This document shows positions 19,893 through 30,531 of a stretch of DNA of 64,000 bases, in pieces. The position numbers and the translations under genes are program-made. The stretch is taken from assembly GCA_963812605.1 (NCBI GenBank), contig CAWEWF010000005.1:288001-352000 (forward strand), read 5' to 3'. Every line of letters starts with the position of its first letter. Position 1 is the stretch's first letter. The notes below the pieces were generated by a model. It had not been told where the DNA came from. It saw nothing but the letters and a program-made list of their open reading frames with translations, and searched no databases. This stretch comes from an uncultured Verrucomicrobiae bacterium (GTDB lineage Bacteria > Verrucomicrobiota > Verrucomicrobiia > Palsa-1439).

Positions 19893-21770
19893 CTATTGCG
19901 GCAGGAGAATGAATGCGTCGGCAGTCAGGGTGAAATTAGTCGAGGGATTGCCTTTGCCGGTCACGGTTAGCCGGACGGCATGATTTCCCGTGGTTGGAAG
20001 GTTGGTCACACCGAAGTCCACCAGCGGATAAAAATTGGTCGGCCAGTATTGATCGAGTGTTGTGCCGAACACATTGCCGTCGCAAGTAAGGTTCATTTGC
20101 CCGCGGTTGTTGCCGGCTTTGAACGCGAGCAGGAGGCGATATATGCCTGCCGGAACATTGGGGATGGTGAACTCGATATAATTGCCCGCGCCCGTGCTAT
20201 TGAGCGTTATCAGTGCATCGCCGCTGGCGTTGGTGTCGATGGACGAGGAGGCGGTCGCGCCGTTGGTGACATACGCCAGAGATTCGGCCTCAAAATTCAG
20301 GGGCACCGGCGCGCTGGGCGGCGGGAAATGAAGACGATAAAACCCGCAATTGGCAACCGACCCGGTGGCGATATTTTGCCAGCTTGAACTCACCGAGAAC
20401 GTGCCAATGAAGGCCGTCCAGTCGGCGAGATTGGTTGACGTTTCGAAGATGAAATTGGTGATGCCCGCATTCCAGGAAACCACGACCTGGTTATTGGTTG
20501 CGGCAATATCCAGTTGCGGGCTCAGCAAGATCTCCGCGCCGGCGAGCATGACCGGGCCGGGCCCGTGCGGGTCGTTGCTGGCGGGTTGTTGCGTGACGAC
20601 GTAATAGTTGAAGCTATTGGTGAGACTCGTACCGGGGCAGACCTGGTTGACGACGCCGTTGGTCGTGATGTAATTGCAGAGGCCCGCGAAAGCTTTGCGG
20701 GCCACCGCCATGGTCGCGGGATCGATCCAACCGCGATTGACCGCGCGCGCGATGCTGTAGGCGAACATGGCGGTGCAGGAGGTTTCCTTCCAGACTTCCG
20801 GGTGATCCAGCACTTGATGCCACATACCGTCGGTGTCCTGCACGGATTCGATGCCGGCGATGTGGCGGCTGAGGATATCCAGCAAAGCAGGGCGCGCCGG
20901 GTGATTCGTCGGCATCGCGGAAAGCACTTCCACCGTTGTTACCATGGCCCAGCCGTTGGCCCGGCCCCATTTGATGCCGTTCACGGAATGCGTGTCGTGA
21001 TAGTAACCGTGAAACCAAATGCCGTTCGTATCCTGGAGATAACCGGCCATGTTCATGACCTGCGTGGCCGCATCGTTCAGATAATTCGAATTGCCGGTGT
21101 ATTTATACATGCGGACGAGAAATGGGCAGCTCATGTAAAGATCATCCGCCCAAATCGTGTCCGAACTCTCCGGCCGCCAGAGCGTGCCGTCGGGCAGGCG
21201 CGACTGGCCGGTGCTGACCCAATTGGCGGTCGTCTGGGCGACGAAGGCCTGCAAGTTCGTCATCGTCCCCGTGTGATGGAGCGCGCCTTCGAACAATTGC
21301 GCCGTCATCGCGCCGCAATAGTCCAGGCGGTCGATCGCCATGAATTCGCTCAAAGCGGTACCGGCGTAGAAGGATGCCAACTGCGCGGAGGTCGCGTTGG
21401 TGACGGTGCTTTTCAAGCTGTTCAGCCAGGAATAATAACGGGCGCAGATCAAATTGTGATCGAGGACGAAATTCTCAAAGGTCGTGTTGCCGGTTGCGTC
21501 CTTGACGCGGAGCATTCCGTAGAGGGTGACGCCCCACTGATAGGTCCAGGTGATACCGGTCGGTTTTTGGGCCGACTGCGCCGCCGAGAGCGTTTTGGCG
21601 GTGGCATAATTTCCGTCGGCCAACGTTTTGAGCTGGTTGCTGGCCACGAGTGAGATGACGTTGTATATCGAGGCATCCGTCAGGCCGGACAAGTCACCGG
21701 CCCGGACGACGCTGCAAAGAAGCAAACAGGCGCACATGACAGGAAATCCGAGCTTTGCAGCCTGGCGCAT
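19893..21770 (-). CDS. Secreted GH105/GH88 glycoside hydrolase with an internal 'FYR' domain and a CBM6/35-like C-terminus
   Basis: WADDLYM, WGRANGWA, GMWHQVLD..ETSCTAMF; FEAE motif. Confidence 0.85.
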   Translation of the reverse strand: MRQAAKLGFPVMCACLLLCSVVRAGDLSGLTDASIYNVISLVASNQLKTLADGNYATAKTLSAAQSAQKPTGITWTYQWGVTLYGMLRVKDATGNTTFENFVLDHNLICARYYSWLNSLKSTVTNATSAQLASFYAGTALSEFMAIDRLDYCGAMTAQLFEGALHHTGTMTNLQAFVAQTTANWVSTGQSRLPDGTLWRPESSDTIWADDLYMSCPFLVRMYKYTGNSNYLNDAATQVMNMAGYLQDTNGIWFHGYYHDTHSVNGIKWGRANGWAMVTTVEVLSAMPTNHPARPALLDILSRHIAGIESVQDTDGMWHQVLDHPEVWKETSCTAMFAYSIARAVNRGWIDPATMAVARKAFAGLCNYITTNGVVNQVCPGTSLTNSFNYYVVTQQPASNDPHGPGPVMLAGAEILLSPQLDIAATNNQVVVSWNAGITNFIFETSTNLADWTAFIGTFSVSSSWQNIATGSVANCGFYRLHFPPPSAPVPLNFEAESLAYVTNGATASSSIDTNASGDALITLNSTGAGNYIEFTIPNVPAGIYRLLLAFKAGNNRGQMNLTCDGNVFGTTLDQYWPTNFYPLVDFGVTNLPTTGNHAVRLTVTGKGNPSTNFTLTADAFILLPQ

Positions 21771-21835
21771 CCAGGCATTTTACCACATACGGATTTCTCT
21801 GCTCGATATTATTCCAATCGCCTTGTAGCATTGCG

Positions 21836-23301
21836 ATGATGGTATCGACTGGGAACAAACTACTGCGACGGGTTCTCCAGACTGTCCTATTCAGTGTGGT
21901 GGCGATGGAGGCGCACGCGGGCCTTTGGATCTCGGCTTACTACGCGGGCTGGATGCAAAGTTACCTGCCGGCGCAGCAGGTCGATTTCACGGCGATGACG
22001 CACATTATCCATTTTGCCGTGGTGCCCAGGGTTGACGGGACCCTCGACGGCGACGCGAATGCTGTCACGTTGGCGAATTCCAAGGATATCGTCGCTCGCG
22101 CGCATGCCGCGAAGGTCAAGGTACTGATTTCCGTGGGCGGAGAGAATAGCGCGGATGGTTTTCGGGGCGCGACGACCGCGGCGAACCGGCCGCGTTTCAT
22201 CACGAACCTCGTAAACTTCGTCACCGCACGCGGCTACGATGGCGTCGATTTGGACTGGGAACCGTTGGATGCGCCGGATGGCGGTCCATATTCCAATTTG
22301 GTCAACGAGCTGCGTCTCGCGCTGGATGCCATCACTCCACGTCCACTGCTGACGGCGGCCGTGGGATCTCAGCCGTCACTGTTTGCTTCCCTGCAAAGTC
22401 GGTTCGACCAGATCAACCTGATGACCTACAGCTTTTCCGGGGCATGGCCCGGTTGGGTGACGTGGTTTCATGCACCCATTTACGACGGTGGCTATAGGTT
22501 CGCGAGTCGGGCGAGTTGGTGCCATCCGCCGACGGAGTCGTTAGCAATTTTCTGGCGCATGGTGTGGCTGCCGGCAAACTTGGGATCGGGATTTCCTTCT
22601 ACGGTTGTGTTTGGAGCGGAGGCAACGGCACGTCCACCGGCGGCGCGGCGTTGCCGCGCCAATCCTGGACGACAGCACCGACGGTGGCCCCGGTCGCCTA
22701 CTCGGCGATCATGTCCAACTACTATCAGCCGCAATTGTATTTCTGGGATACGAACGCGCAGTCGGCTTATCTCAGTATCGACCGTCTGGGGGCTGCCAAT
22801 GACAAGTTCATTTCCTACGACGATCCGACAGCCTGCCGCGCCAAAGTTGCGTACGCCAAACTGAAAGGATTGGGTGGCCTGATCATTTGGGAGTTGGGAG
22901 GCGGCTACCGCGCCGACCAACCGGCCGGTCAGCGCGACCTGCTATTGCAATCCGTCAAACAAGCGATCGCCAGTCACGCAGTCGCAGCAGACGCGGCGAT
23001 AGAGTGCTTCGTAGCGGGGCACGATGACCTCCGCGGAAAATCGTTCGCGGGCGCGATCTTTTGCCGCGCAACCCAGTGCGGACCGGCGGACCGGGTCTTT
23101 AATCAAACTTTCGACGGCCCGCGCCAGGATATCAGCGTCTCCCGATGGCACCAGCAGTCCGGTCACGCCATTTTCGACGACCTCCGGAATCCCGCCTACG
23201 CTTCGAGCAATGCTGGGGCAGGCAAAACACATCGCTTCCAAAATGCTCAGGCAAAAACTCTCCGTTTCGGATGTAATCAGCCCAAGGTCGGCGGCCTGTA
23301 G
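21836..23301 (+). CDS. Secreted GH18 chitinase-like hydrolase (frameshift near 22510; domain ends ~22975, frame runs on into bshA)
   Basis: LISVGG, DGVDLDWE, NLMTY, ISYDD, GLGGLIIWEL. Confidence 0.85.
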
Positions 23302-24115
23302 ATAATCTTCGATGTCGTTGACCTTGTCGCGCACGATGACCCGGTTTTCGAGGCCAAGCCGCCGCACCATGTCGACGAACGGCGTGAAGTCCCCGCCAGC
23401 GAGAATAAGCAGTTTGAACGAATCTTGCGGACGAATGCGCGCGACGGTATCGAGCAATAAATCGATGCGTTTCAACGGACGAAGATTGGAGGAATGCAGT
23501 ATTAGCACCTCGTCTTGCACGCCGAGGTCGCGCCGCACTTCCGTCCGCGAGCGCAGAGGCGGGCGGGGCGCGAAGAAATTATGGATCACATCGATTGGTC
23601 GATCCACCGCGAGCAATCGCTGGGTTTCCTGTTGCAGGAAAGCCGACACGGTCGTGATGGCATCCGAGCAGGCGAGGGCGTGGCGGATCGCCGGCCCGTA
23701 CCCCGGATCGCGGCCCAGCAACGTGGTGTCCGTGCCGTGCAGTGTGGTGACCACGCGGGGTTGTTGCTCCGGCGGCAGCATCGACTGCGCGAGGATGGCG
23801 GCCGTCGCGTGGGGCACGGCGTAGTGGACGTGCAGTACATCCAACTGATGGTCGCGGCTCACTTCCGCCATCTTGACGGAGAGCGGGCAGCGTGTAATCG
23901 GGGTACTTGAACAGATCGTAGTCGTTGATGATCACCGGGTGGAAATGCAGGCGAGGGACATCGACCGGCAAACGGAACGGACGTTCGTAGCTGATGAAAT
24001 GCACCTCGTGGCCGCGTTTCGCCAACTCTTCGCCCAGGGCGGTGGCGAGGATGCCGCTTCCCCCCACCGATGGGTAACAGGTGATGCCGATTTTCAATGG
24101 GCGGCTGGTGGTCAT
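22942..24115 (-). CDS. bshA: N-acetyl-alpha-D-glucosaminyl L-malate synthase (frameshift near 23885)
   Basis: [50 protein letters not shown]. Confidence 0.9.
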
Positions 24116-24121
24116 GGCAAA

Positions 24122-24859
24122 TCAAAAATGCCGCGCGCCCCGGCTCACGGGCACGAGCGAGTCGAAAACGAGTGGATCGTTCGGAAAGAGGGCGATGGCA
24201 TGACCGATTCCGGCGCGCAGTCCGCGCAGACGGGCGCGGGTGAGTTGCAACTCGACGTAATTGCGGGTGCGAGCCTGCGACGCATGCGCTTCCATCGCGG
24301 CAGTCCACGCGCCGAGGATTTCCCGTGCGGAGACGTTGATGAGAATCGGCGTAATGTCGGAAGGCTCGGCTTCGGGCGTTACTGCGTAGAAAAAGAGTTG
24401 ATCGATGGCATGCGGAGGCGCGGCGCGCAATTCCTTCACGCCGCCGTAACGAGCCAGCCGCGCCGCGTCGCGGACGAGTTGTCCGAGTCGCGCGTGGTCG
24501 GGATGCTGATTTTCCACCAGGCTCGGCGCGAGCACGATGCCGGGTCGCGTGCGGCGGAAAATTCTGGCGAGCTTGATGGCGTGGGCGACGCGGACCTCCA
24601 GGTGCGCATCGCCATCGAGTTCGATGAACTCCACTGTCGCACCGAGGAGCGCCGCGGATTTTTTTGCCTCGGCGACCCGTTGCGCGGGCGTGCCGTGCGT
24701 CGCCGCTTCGCCGCGCGAGCAGACGACGAAATGCGCGGCGCGGCCGGCGCGGGTCTCGCTGGCGACAACCCCGCCACAGCCGAACTCGATATCGTCGGGA
24801 TGCGCGCCAAAGGCCAGGAGCGATGCGAGTTTACGACGGGATTTCGGTATAAGCTTCAT
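24122..24859 (-). CDS. bshB1: Bacillithiol biosynthesis deacetylase BshB1-like (PIG-L family)
   Basis: AFGAHPDDIEFGCGG, SRGEAATHGT..R, HPDH; adjacent to bshA. Confidence 0.82.
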   Translation of the reverse strand: MKLIPKSRRKLASLLAFGAHPDDIEFGCGGVVASETRAGRAAHFVVCSRGEAATHGTPAQRVAEAKKSAALLGATVEFIELDGDAHLEVRVAHAIKLARIFRRTRPGIVLAPSLVENQHPDHARLGQLVRDAARLARYGGVKELRAAPPHAIDQLFFYAVTPEAEPSDITPILINVSAREILGAWTAAMEAHASQARTRNYVELQLTRARLRGLRAGIGHAIALFPNDPLVFDSLVPVSRGARHF

Positions 24860-25607
24860 CGGAACGGTCAATTGTATCACGGTTTACGAACGTAATCCCC
24901 GGCGTTTCTTGCGGATGCAGATAGATCTGTTCGCTGGCCCCGCAAACGTAGTGGGTGCAATGCACGACTGATTGCATCCAACGAAGCCGGGTGTCGCGCG
25001 CCGGGCTGATTTGGTCCCTGGTGAATGCGGTTGCCGGCAGGGTCACGAAACGGTCTCCGCCCTCGTGAAGCGTGAAGACGCCATCGCAACACCGGGCGCG
25101 CACGATTTCACCCTCGTGCGGCACGTCGACGAAGAACTCCTCGACGTCGCACGCCGCGCGCCGGAACGACGGGTCGCTCGAACGCGCCACGCGCAGGCCA
25201 TCGAGCAGTCCAATGCGGCGGTACATCTCCAGACAAAAATCAGCCGCATTTTTGGCGGAAGTTTCCTGGAAGATCTCGATACAGCGGCGCTCGACGTAAT
25301 TGGGCAATTGAAGCGCGGTCCGGGCGTGCCAGTCCGGGGGGATGCGCTTGAGATAGAGCGGGGAGAATTTTCGCTGGAGTTTGTTCTCGAAAGTGAAGTT
25401 GAGGTGCGCCGGTTCACCGGTCTTGCGGTGGCGCAGGAGGGTTTTGGTCTCGCGCGGATCGTGGTCGCTATCGTGGTAGAAAAACACGATCTCGCCTCCG
25501 ATCTCGGCTTGCAGCCGCCGGGCTGTCTGGATTTTTGCCACCAGAAACCGTTTCGGGAAGAACCCGCACGGCTGCTGGCCGAAACAGATGACGGGCGTGG
25601 TGCTCAT
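24831..25607 (-). CDS. Short (258 aa) BshC-like protein
   Basis: FGQQP, FFYHDSDHD and YVCGASEQIY match the BshC GQQ, DHD and YVGGPGE..Y motifs; coupled to bshB1 and the symporter. Confidence 0.65.
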   Translation of the reverse strand: MSTTPVICFGQQPCGFFPKRFLVAKIQTARRLQAEIGGEIVFFYHDSDHDPRETKTLLRHRKTGEPAHLNFTFENKLQRKFSPLYLKRIPPDWHARTALQLPNYVERRCIEIFQETSAKNAADFCLEMYRRIGLLDGLRVARSSDPSFRRAACDVEEFFVDVPHEGEIVRARCCDGVFTLHEGGDRFVTLPATAFTRDQISPARDTRLRWMQSVVHCTHYVCGASEQIYLHPQETPGITFVNRDTIDRSDEAYTEIPS

Positions 25608-27295
25608 GGGGCGGCCAAAAGCGGCGCGGCCTGGATGATCAGGCTGAACAGAATGCAGGCGGCGCAGCCGATGAAGTTGTACCAGAGATAGCTGATGTTC
25701 AGCGAAAAATAGAGAATGAAAACGAGGGCTTGCGCCGCCAGGGCTCCCCAAAAGATCGCCGTACCGCCGACCCGACGGAAGAAGAACGCCACGAGGAACA
25801 GCGCGAGCACCACGCCGTAAAAGATCGAGCCGACGATGTTGACGGCCTGGATCAGGTTCTCGACCAGGTTCGCAAAAAGAGCGAAGGCGAGCGCCACCAG
25901 GCCCCAGAAGAGGGTGAACCATTTTGAGGCGGCCACATAGTGCGCATCGGTCGCATCGCGCTTGATGATGTGCCGGTAGAAATCGATGGTGGTCGTCGAA
26001 CCGAGCGCGTTGAGTTCGGCGGCTTTCGACGAGAGCGCGGCGGCGAAGAACGCCGCGACGAGCAGCCCGATCACCCCGTGCGGCAGATGGTCCAGCACGA
26101 AGGTGATGAACACGTAGTCGGAGTCGTTGGTTTTCGCATGCGAATCCGCCGCCAGCAGCGCCGTTTTGACGTCGGCGCGCACGGCCTCGCTGCGTTCGAG
26201 CGCCGCCTGCGCCTGCGCGCGGGCCGCGGCCTCCGCTTTGTGGTCGCCCGAATGTTTGGCGTCGAGCCAGGTGTGAATCAGTCGTTCCTTCTCGGCGTGG
26301 ATCGCGGCGAATTGCTGCTGGAGGGAATGCAGCCGGTCGCCCGGATCATGTTTGGCCTCGAGGTTCCAGGCAGTCTGGTTGAAAAAGACCGGCGGCCGTT
26401 CGAACTGGTAGAAGACGAAGATCAGCGAGCCGAGCAGGAGAATGAAAAATTGCATGGGGATTTTGAACACGGCATTGAACATCAGGCCGAGCCGGCTTTC
26501 GCGCAAGGACGCACCCGAAATATAGCGTTGCACCTGGGATTGGTCGGTGCCGAAGTACGACAGCGACAGGAAAATGCCGCCGAGCAAGCCGGACCAGAAA
26601 GTGTAGCGCCGCCTGATATCGAGCGAGAAATCCACCGCCTGGAGTTTGTGGAAGCCGCCGGCCACGGTGAGGGCGTCGGTCAGCGAAAGGTTCGACGGCA
26701 ATCTTGCCAGCAAGACGACGAAGGCGGTCACCATCCCGCCAAAGATCACGGCCAACTGGTATTTCTGGGTGAGGGTGACCGCTTCGCTGCCACCGGCCAC
26801 GGTGTAGACGATGACCAGCAGGCCGCTGAGGACGATGGTGAGGTCCAACCGCCAGCCCAGCATGGTGGAGAGGATGATGGCGGGCGCGTAAATGGTAATT
26901 CCCGCGGCGAGCCCGCGTTGCAGGAGAAAGAGCGCCGCCCCGAGCAGACGGGTCTTGGTGTCAAAGCGGTGGCCCAGGAACTCGTAGGCGGTGTAGACAT
27001 TCAAGCGCCGGTACATTGGCAGGAAGACCGCCGCGATGATGATCAGCGCCAGCGGCATCCCGAAATAGTTCTGCACGAAACCCAGTCCATCCTGATAACC
27101 CTGGCCGGGAGTGGAGATGAAAGTGATTGCGCTGGCCTGGGTAGCCATGACCGAAATGCCGATAGCGGCCCATTTCACGTTTGGGTCACCCTTGAGGTAG
27201 TCGCTCAGGTTCTGCTGGCCGCGCGTGCGCCACATGCCATAGAGGGCGATTCCGACCATGCTGCCGATCAGGACTACGAAATCGAGCGGGCTCAT
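25604..27295 (-). CDS. Sodium:solute symporter (SSS family)
   Basis: SVMATQASAITF, YFGTDQSQVQRY, multiple TM helices. Confidence 0.93.
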   Translation of the reverse strand: MSPLDFVVLIGSMVGIALYGMWRTRGQQNLSDYLKGDPNVKWAAIGISVMATQASAITFISTPGQGYQDGLGFVQNYFGMPLALIIIAAVFLPMYRRLNVYTAYEFLGHRFDTKTRLLGAALFLLQRGLAAGITIYAPAIILSTMLGWRLDLTIVLSGLLVIVYTVAGGSEAVTLTQKYQLAVIFGGMVTAFVVLLARLPSNLSLTDALTVAGGFHKLQAVDFSLDIRRRYTFWSGLLGGIFLSLSYFGTDQSQVQRYISGASLRESRLGLMFNAVFKIPMQFFILLLGSLIFVFYQFERPPVFFNQTAWNLEAKHDPGDRLHSLQQQFAAIHAEKERLIHTWLDAKHSGDHKAEAAARAQAQAALERSEAVRADVKTALLAADSHAKTNDSDYVFITFVLDHLPHGVIGLLVAAFFAAALSSKAAELNALGSTTTIDFYRHIIKRDATDAHYVAASKWFTLFWGLVALAFALFANLVENLIQAVNIVGSIFYGVVLALFLVAFFFRRVGGTAIFWGALAAQALVFILYFSLNISYLWYNFIGCAACILFSLIIQAAPLLAAP

Positions 27296-27423
27296 GAAAA
27301 CGTGACCGTCAGCGCGACGAGGAGTCCCACCCAAATGACGAAGGAGACGAGAACGAAAATGTAAACCGCGCGCCAGGTATTAAGCCACGGCAAGCCGGTC
27401 GCTTTGTCGTCCAATGGCTTCAT
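27292..27423 (-). CDS. 43-aa single-TM peptide (absent from the ORF track)
   Basis: MKPLDDKATGLPWLNTWRAVYIFVLVSFVIWVGLLVALTVTFS; ATGA overlaps at both ends. Confidence 0.8.
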   Translation of the reverse strand: MKPLDDKATGLPWLNTWRAVYIFVLVSFVIWVGLLVALTVTFS

Positions 27424-29929
27424 TTTCCCAGTGAAATCAGGTTGGCAAAGAGCCGGTAAGCGCCCGGTACGCCTTCGGGCAACTGGCGGAACCAGGACAG
27501 CCCGGTGTAAACGAAATAGCCGCGACCGTAATGCGCCACGAGGAGGCTCCCGTTCTTGGGCGACTCGCCGGGATCGTTGCAGGCAAGGAGCGGCGTGAAA
27601 TGGTCATCCCATTCGCCGGCGAAATACAGTCCGCGCTCCTGCACCCAACCATCGAAATCGGAGGCAACGATACGGTTGGGGGTCGTAAACACCGGATGGT
27701 CGGGAACGAGCAGGGTCATCGGCGCATTTTCGTCCGTGACGCGGTCGCGCGAGATCTTCAGGTTGTAAGGAGCGAGATGGGTCGTCAGCAAACCATCGGT
27801 CGTATTGTATTGGACGATGACATTGCCGCCGGCTTCGACGTACGCGAAGAGGCCGGGCAGATTTTGGACGAGGTCCGTGCGGGTATTGAAAGCGCGGATG
27901 CCAATCACCACCGCATCGAAGCCGCGCAGGCGGTCCGCTGTCAGATCCGCGCCGGTAAGAAGTGTCACGGCGTAACCCATTCGTTGGAGGCTCTCGGCGA
28001 CGGAATCGCCGGCACCGGGCAGGTAGCCGATTTGATGGCCACGAATCGCCAAGTTGAGACTCAGCGCCTTGAACTGCGCGGGGGGCTGCAGCAATAGCGA
28101 TGGGATATGATCGTGGTGAATCTCGACGTGCCGATTGTGGTAGGTCTTGCCATCGATCTCGGCAGCGGCGAGGATTTTCGCAGTCGTGGAGTTCGTCGGG
28201 GCGGTGATGGTGAAAGTAAAGCGCGCCAGCTCATTGTAATTGGTCAGGGAGAACGAATATGTCGCGGGCGTTACTTTCCAATCGGCGGGCATTTCCAGAT
28301 GGAGCGTGCCGGTTGCCCCGGCGCGGGCCGAGGTGACTTCGACCACCACGGGCTTGGCCGTGCCCGGAGCGAACAGCGCGAGGTCTTCGGGAAAATTGAG
28401 CGAAACGGGCGGGATCACTTCCAGGCGCTGACGAATTTCGCCTTTCACCCGGTCACCGATAACTTGTACAGGTTCGTCGGGAATGACCAGCGTTTGGCCG
28501 TCGACTTCGAACACATACTCCACCGGAAATGCCGGAGGATTTTCGGGACGGCCAATGAGCGAAGGATCGTCCACGCGGAACATTCCGATTGTGCCCTCTT
28601 CGCGCAACCAATAAGGTTGGCTCAACGCGGTGTTGGCCGGCAGCGTCCGGGACGATTCCTTGACTGCGGCCTGATTGGGTTTCAAGTCGGCGTTGGTCGC
28701 GAGTTCGTCTCCGCCGGCGGGGTAACGCACGGCAGTCCAGCGCACCGGGAAATCCGTCCGCACCATGGCGCTGTGACGCATCTTCAAGGTTTCGCCGGGC
28801 ACGGCCTCGGCCAGCGGAATCGACGTCTCGACGTACAGCCCGAGGCAGCCTTGCAGGATGTGATCGAGTTGCCGGCGTTTGTATGCAATCACGGTGTCCG
28901 TGGGCAGAGCGGCGAGCCGTCTTCGCAATGTCAACAGGGCCGGCACACTGGCGGCGGGATTCTGCGGGTTGAATTGTGCGATGCCCTCGTCAGTCAATTT
29001 TCCGATCTCCGCGCCATTGGGAACGCGCGCCCAGGTTGTGTCGACGCCATCAAGGATGTCTTTGGTTGCGGGCTCGCCAGCGAGGAGTTGGAAGGTTTCG
29101 TTGGCGTTCCCGCGAGTGCCGACGCTGCCGAAGCCCTGGGTCTTGTGCATGGACCGGCTTTTAGCGGCGATTTCGCCGTAGGATTCACCGAGGAGCGGGT
29201 TGTAGCCGCCGATGTCGAGCTGAAGGCCGGGAGGTGTGTTGGTTCCACTGTCTGTGCCGCGTCCTCCGAATCCCCGGGGGAAGCCATTCCAGAGAATGCG
29301 TTTTGGCTGCCACGGCTGCAACTCGCGGAGTTGGTCGGGAAAAGCATTGGTGTCACCGGCGAGCTTGAAGGCTTCGACGGCGAGAATTGCCGACGCGGTG
29401 TGATGACCATGCGTGTTGCCGGGTTCGGTGGAAAAGCGCGTGATAAGCACATCGGGTCGGAATTCGCGGATGACCCGCACAACGTCCGCCAGCACTTGTT
29501 GACGGTCCCAGATGCGGAACGTCTCGCGGTAGTCCTTGGAAAATCCGAAGTCGAGAGCGCGCGTGAAGAATTGCTGGCCACCGTCGATGCGGCGGGCGGC
29601 GAGCAACTCCTGGGTGCGGACCACGCCCAGTTCTTCGCCCAACTCGGGGCCGATCAAGTTTTGGCCGCCATCGCCGCGGGTCACGGAAAGATAGCCGGTA
29701 CGATAGCCGCGACCGCGCGAGAGGTAGGCGATGAGGCGGGTGTTTTCGTCGTCGGGATGGGCGGCGATGTAAAGCACGCTGCCCATTTCGCGAAAACTGC
29801 GGAGTTCCTGCAGAATCGCTGACGCCGACTGTGGGTCGGCGGCTTGGGTGCCGACCGGAAGGCCGAGCCAGCGTCAAGACACCAGCGGCAAGGAGGCGGA
29901 AGGAACCAAGGACTGCGGATGGCCGGCAT
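27420..29929 (-). CDS. Large secreted PIG-L/LmbE family deacetylase/amidase (indel(s) in the signal-peptide region)
   Basis: AAHPDDE, TRGDGGQN, HGHH; C-terminal GWVQERGLYF domain; hydrophobic leader split across frames at 29850-29929. Confidence 0.85.
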
Positions 29930-29931
29930 TT

Positions 29932-30501
29932 TTATTTTTTGACCGTGAACGGCACTGAGAATTGCGTGCTTTCCCACATCATCTTTAATAGACCACCGCC
30001 GGACGAATTCTTCTCAATCGCCATGGTGAATTGATCGACTGGCTTGTCCAGAGCGTCCTTCTTCAGGTCGATGCGCGCGACATCTTGAGACTCGTCATAT
30101 ACTTCTTTGAAATCACCGCGACTGGCGCCCCATTGGCCGATTTGTTTGTTAATGACCAACTTGGCCGTGCCGTCTTCATTCGGGAGGGTCCAGAGCGTGT
30201 ACGCGCCCGCGGGGATCGTCGTGTCGCCAAAGGCGAGCGGCTTTTGCGTGATGAGGAGCGTGGCTTCGTCGGAGCCGGTGCGCCAGACCTTGCCGTAAGG
30301 CACCAGTCCTCCCCAGATTTTGCGGCTCTCGCCTGTCTTGGGGTCCTTGGTGTACGGACGCCCGTAAATAATCGTGATGCGATTGCCATCGATGACGGTG
30401 CTGATGGTGTCATGGGGGCTGACGCGTTTTTGCTGGGCCATAAGCGGCGAGGCGCTGAGGATAACGGCGGCGATCACAAATGCGGACTTGAACTGGTTCA
30501 T
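29932..30501 (-). CDS. DUF2911 domain secreted protein
   Basis: RVSP, YGRP, LVPYGKVWRTG, PAGAYTLWTLP. Confidence 0.88.
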   Translation of the reverse strand: MNQFKSAFVIAAVILSASPLMAQQKRVSPHDTISTVIDGNRITIIYGRPYTKDPKTGESRKIWGGLVPYGKVWRTGSDEATLLITQKPLAFGDTTIPAGAYTLWTLPNEDGTAKLVINKQIGQWGASRGDFKEVYDESQDVARIDLKKDALDKPVDQFTMAIEKNSSGGGLLKMMWESTQFSVPFTVKK

Positions 30502-30531
30502 GCTGTCTCCCGTGTAGGTTGGGCAACTAGT

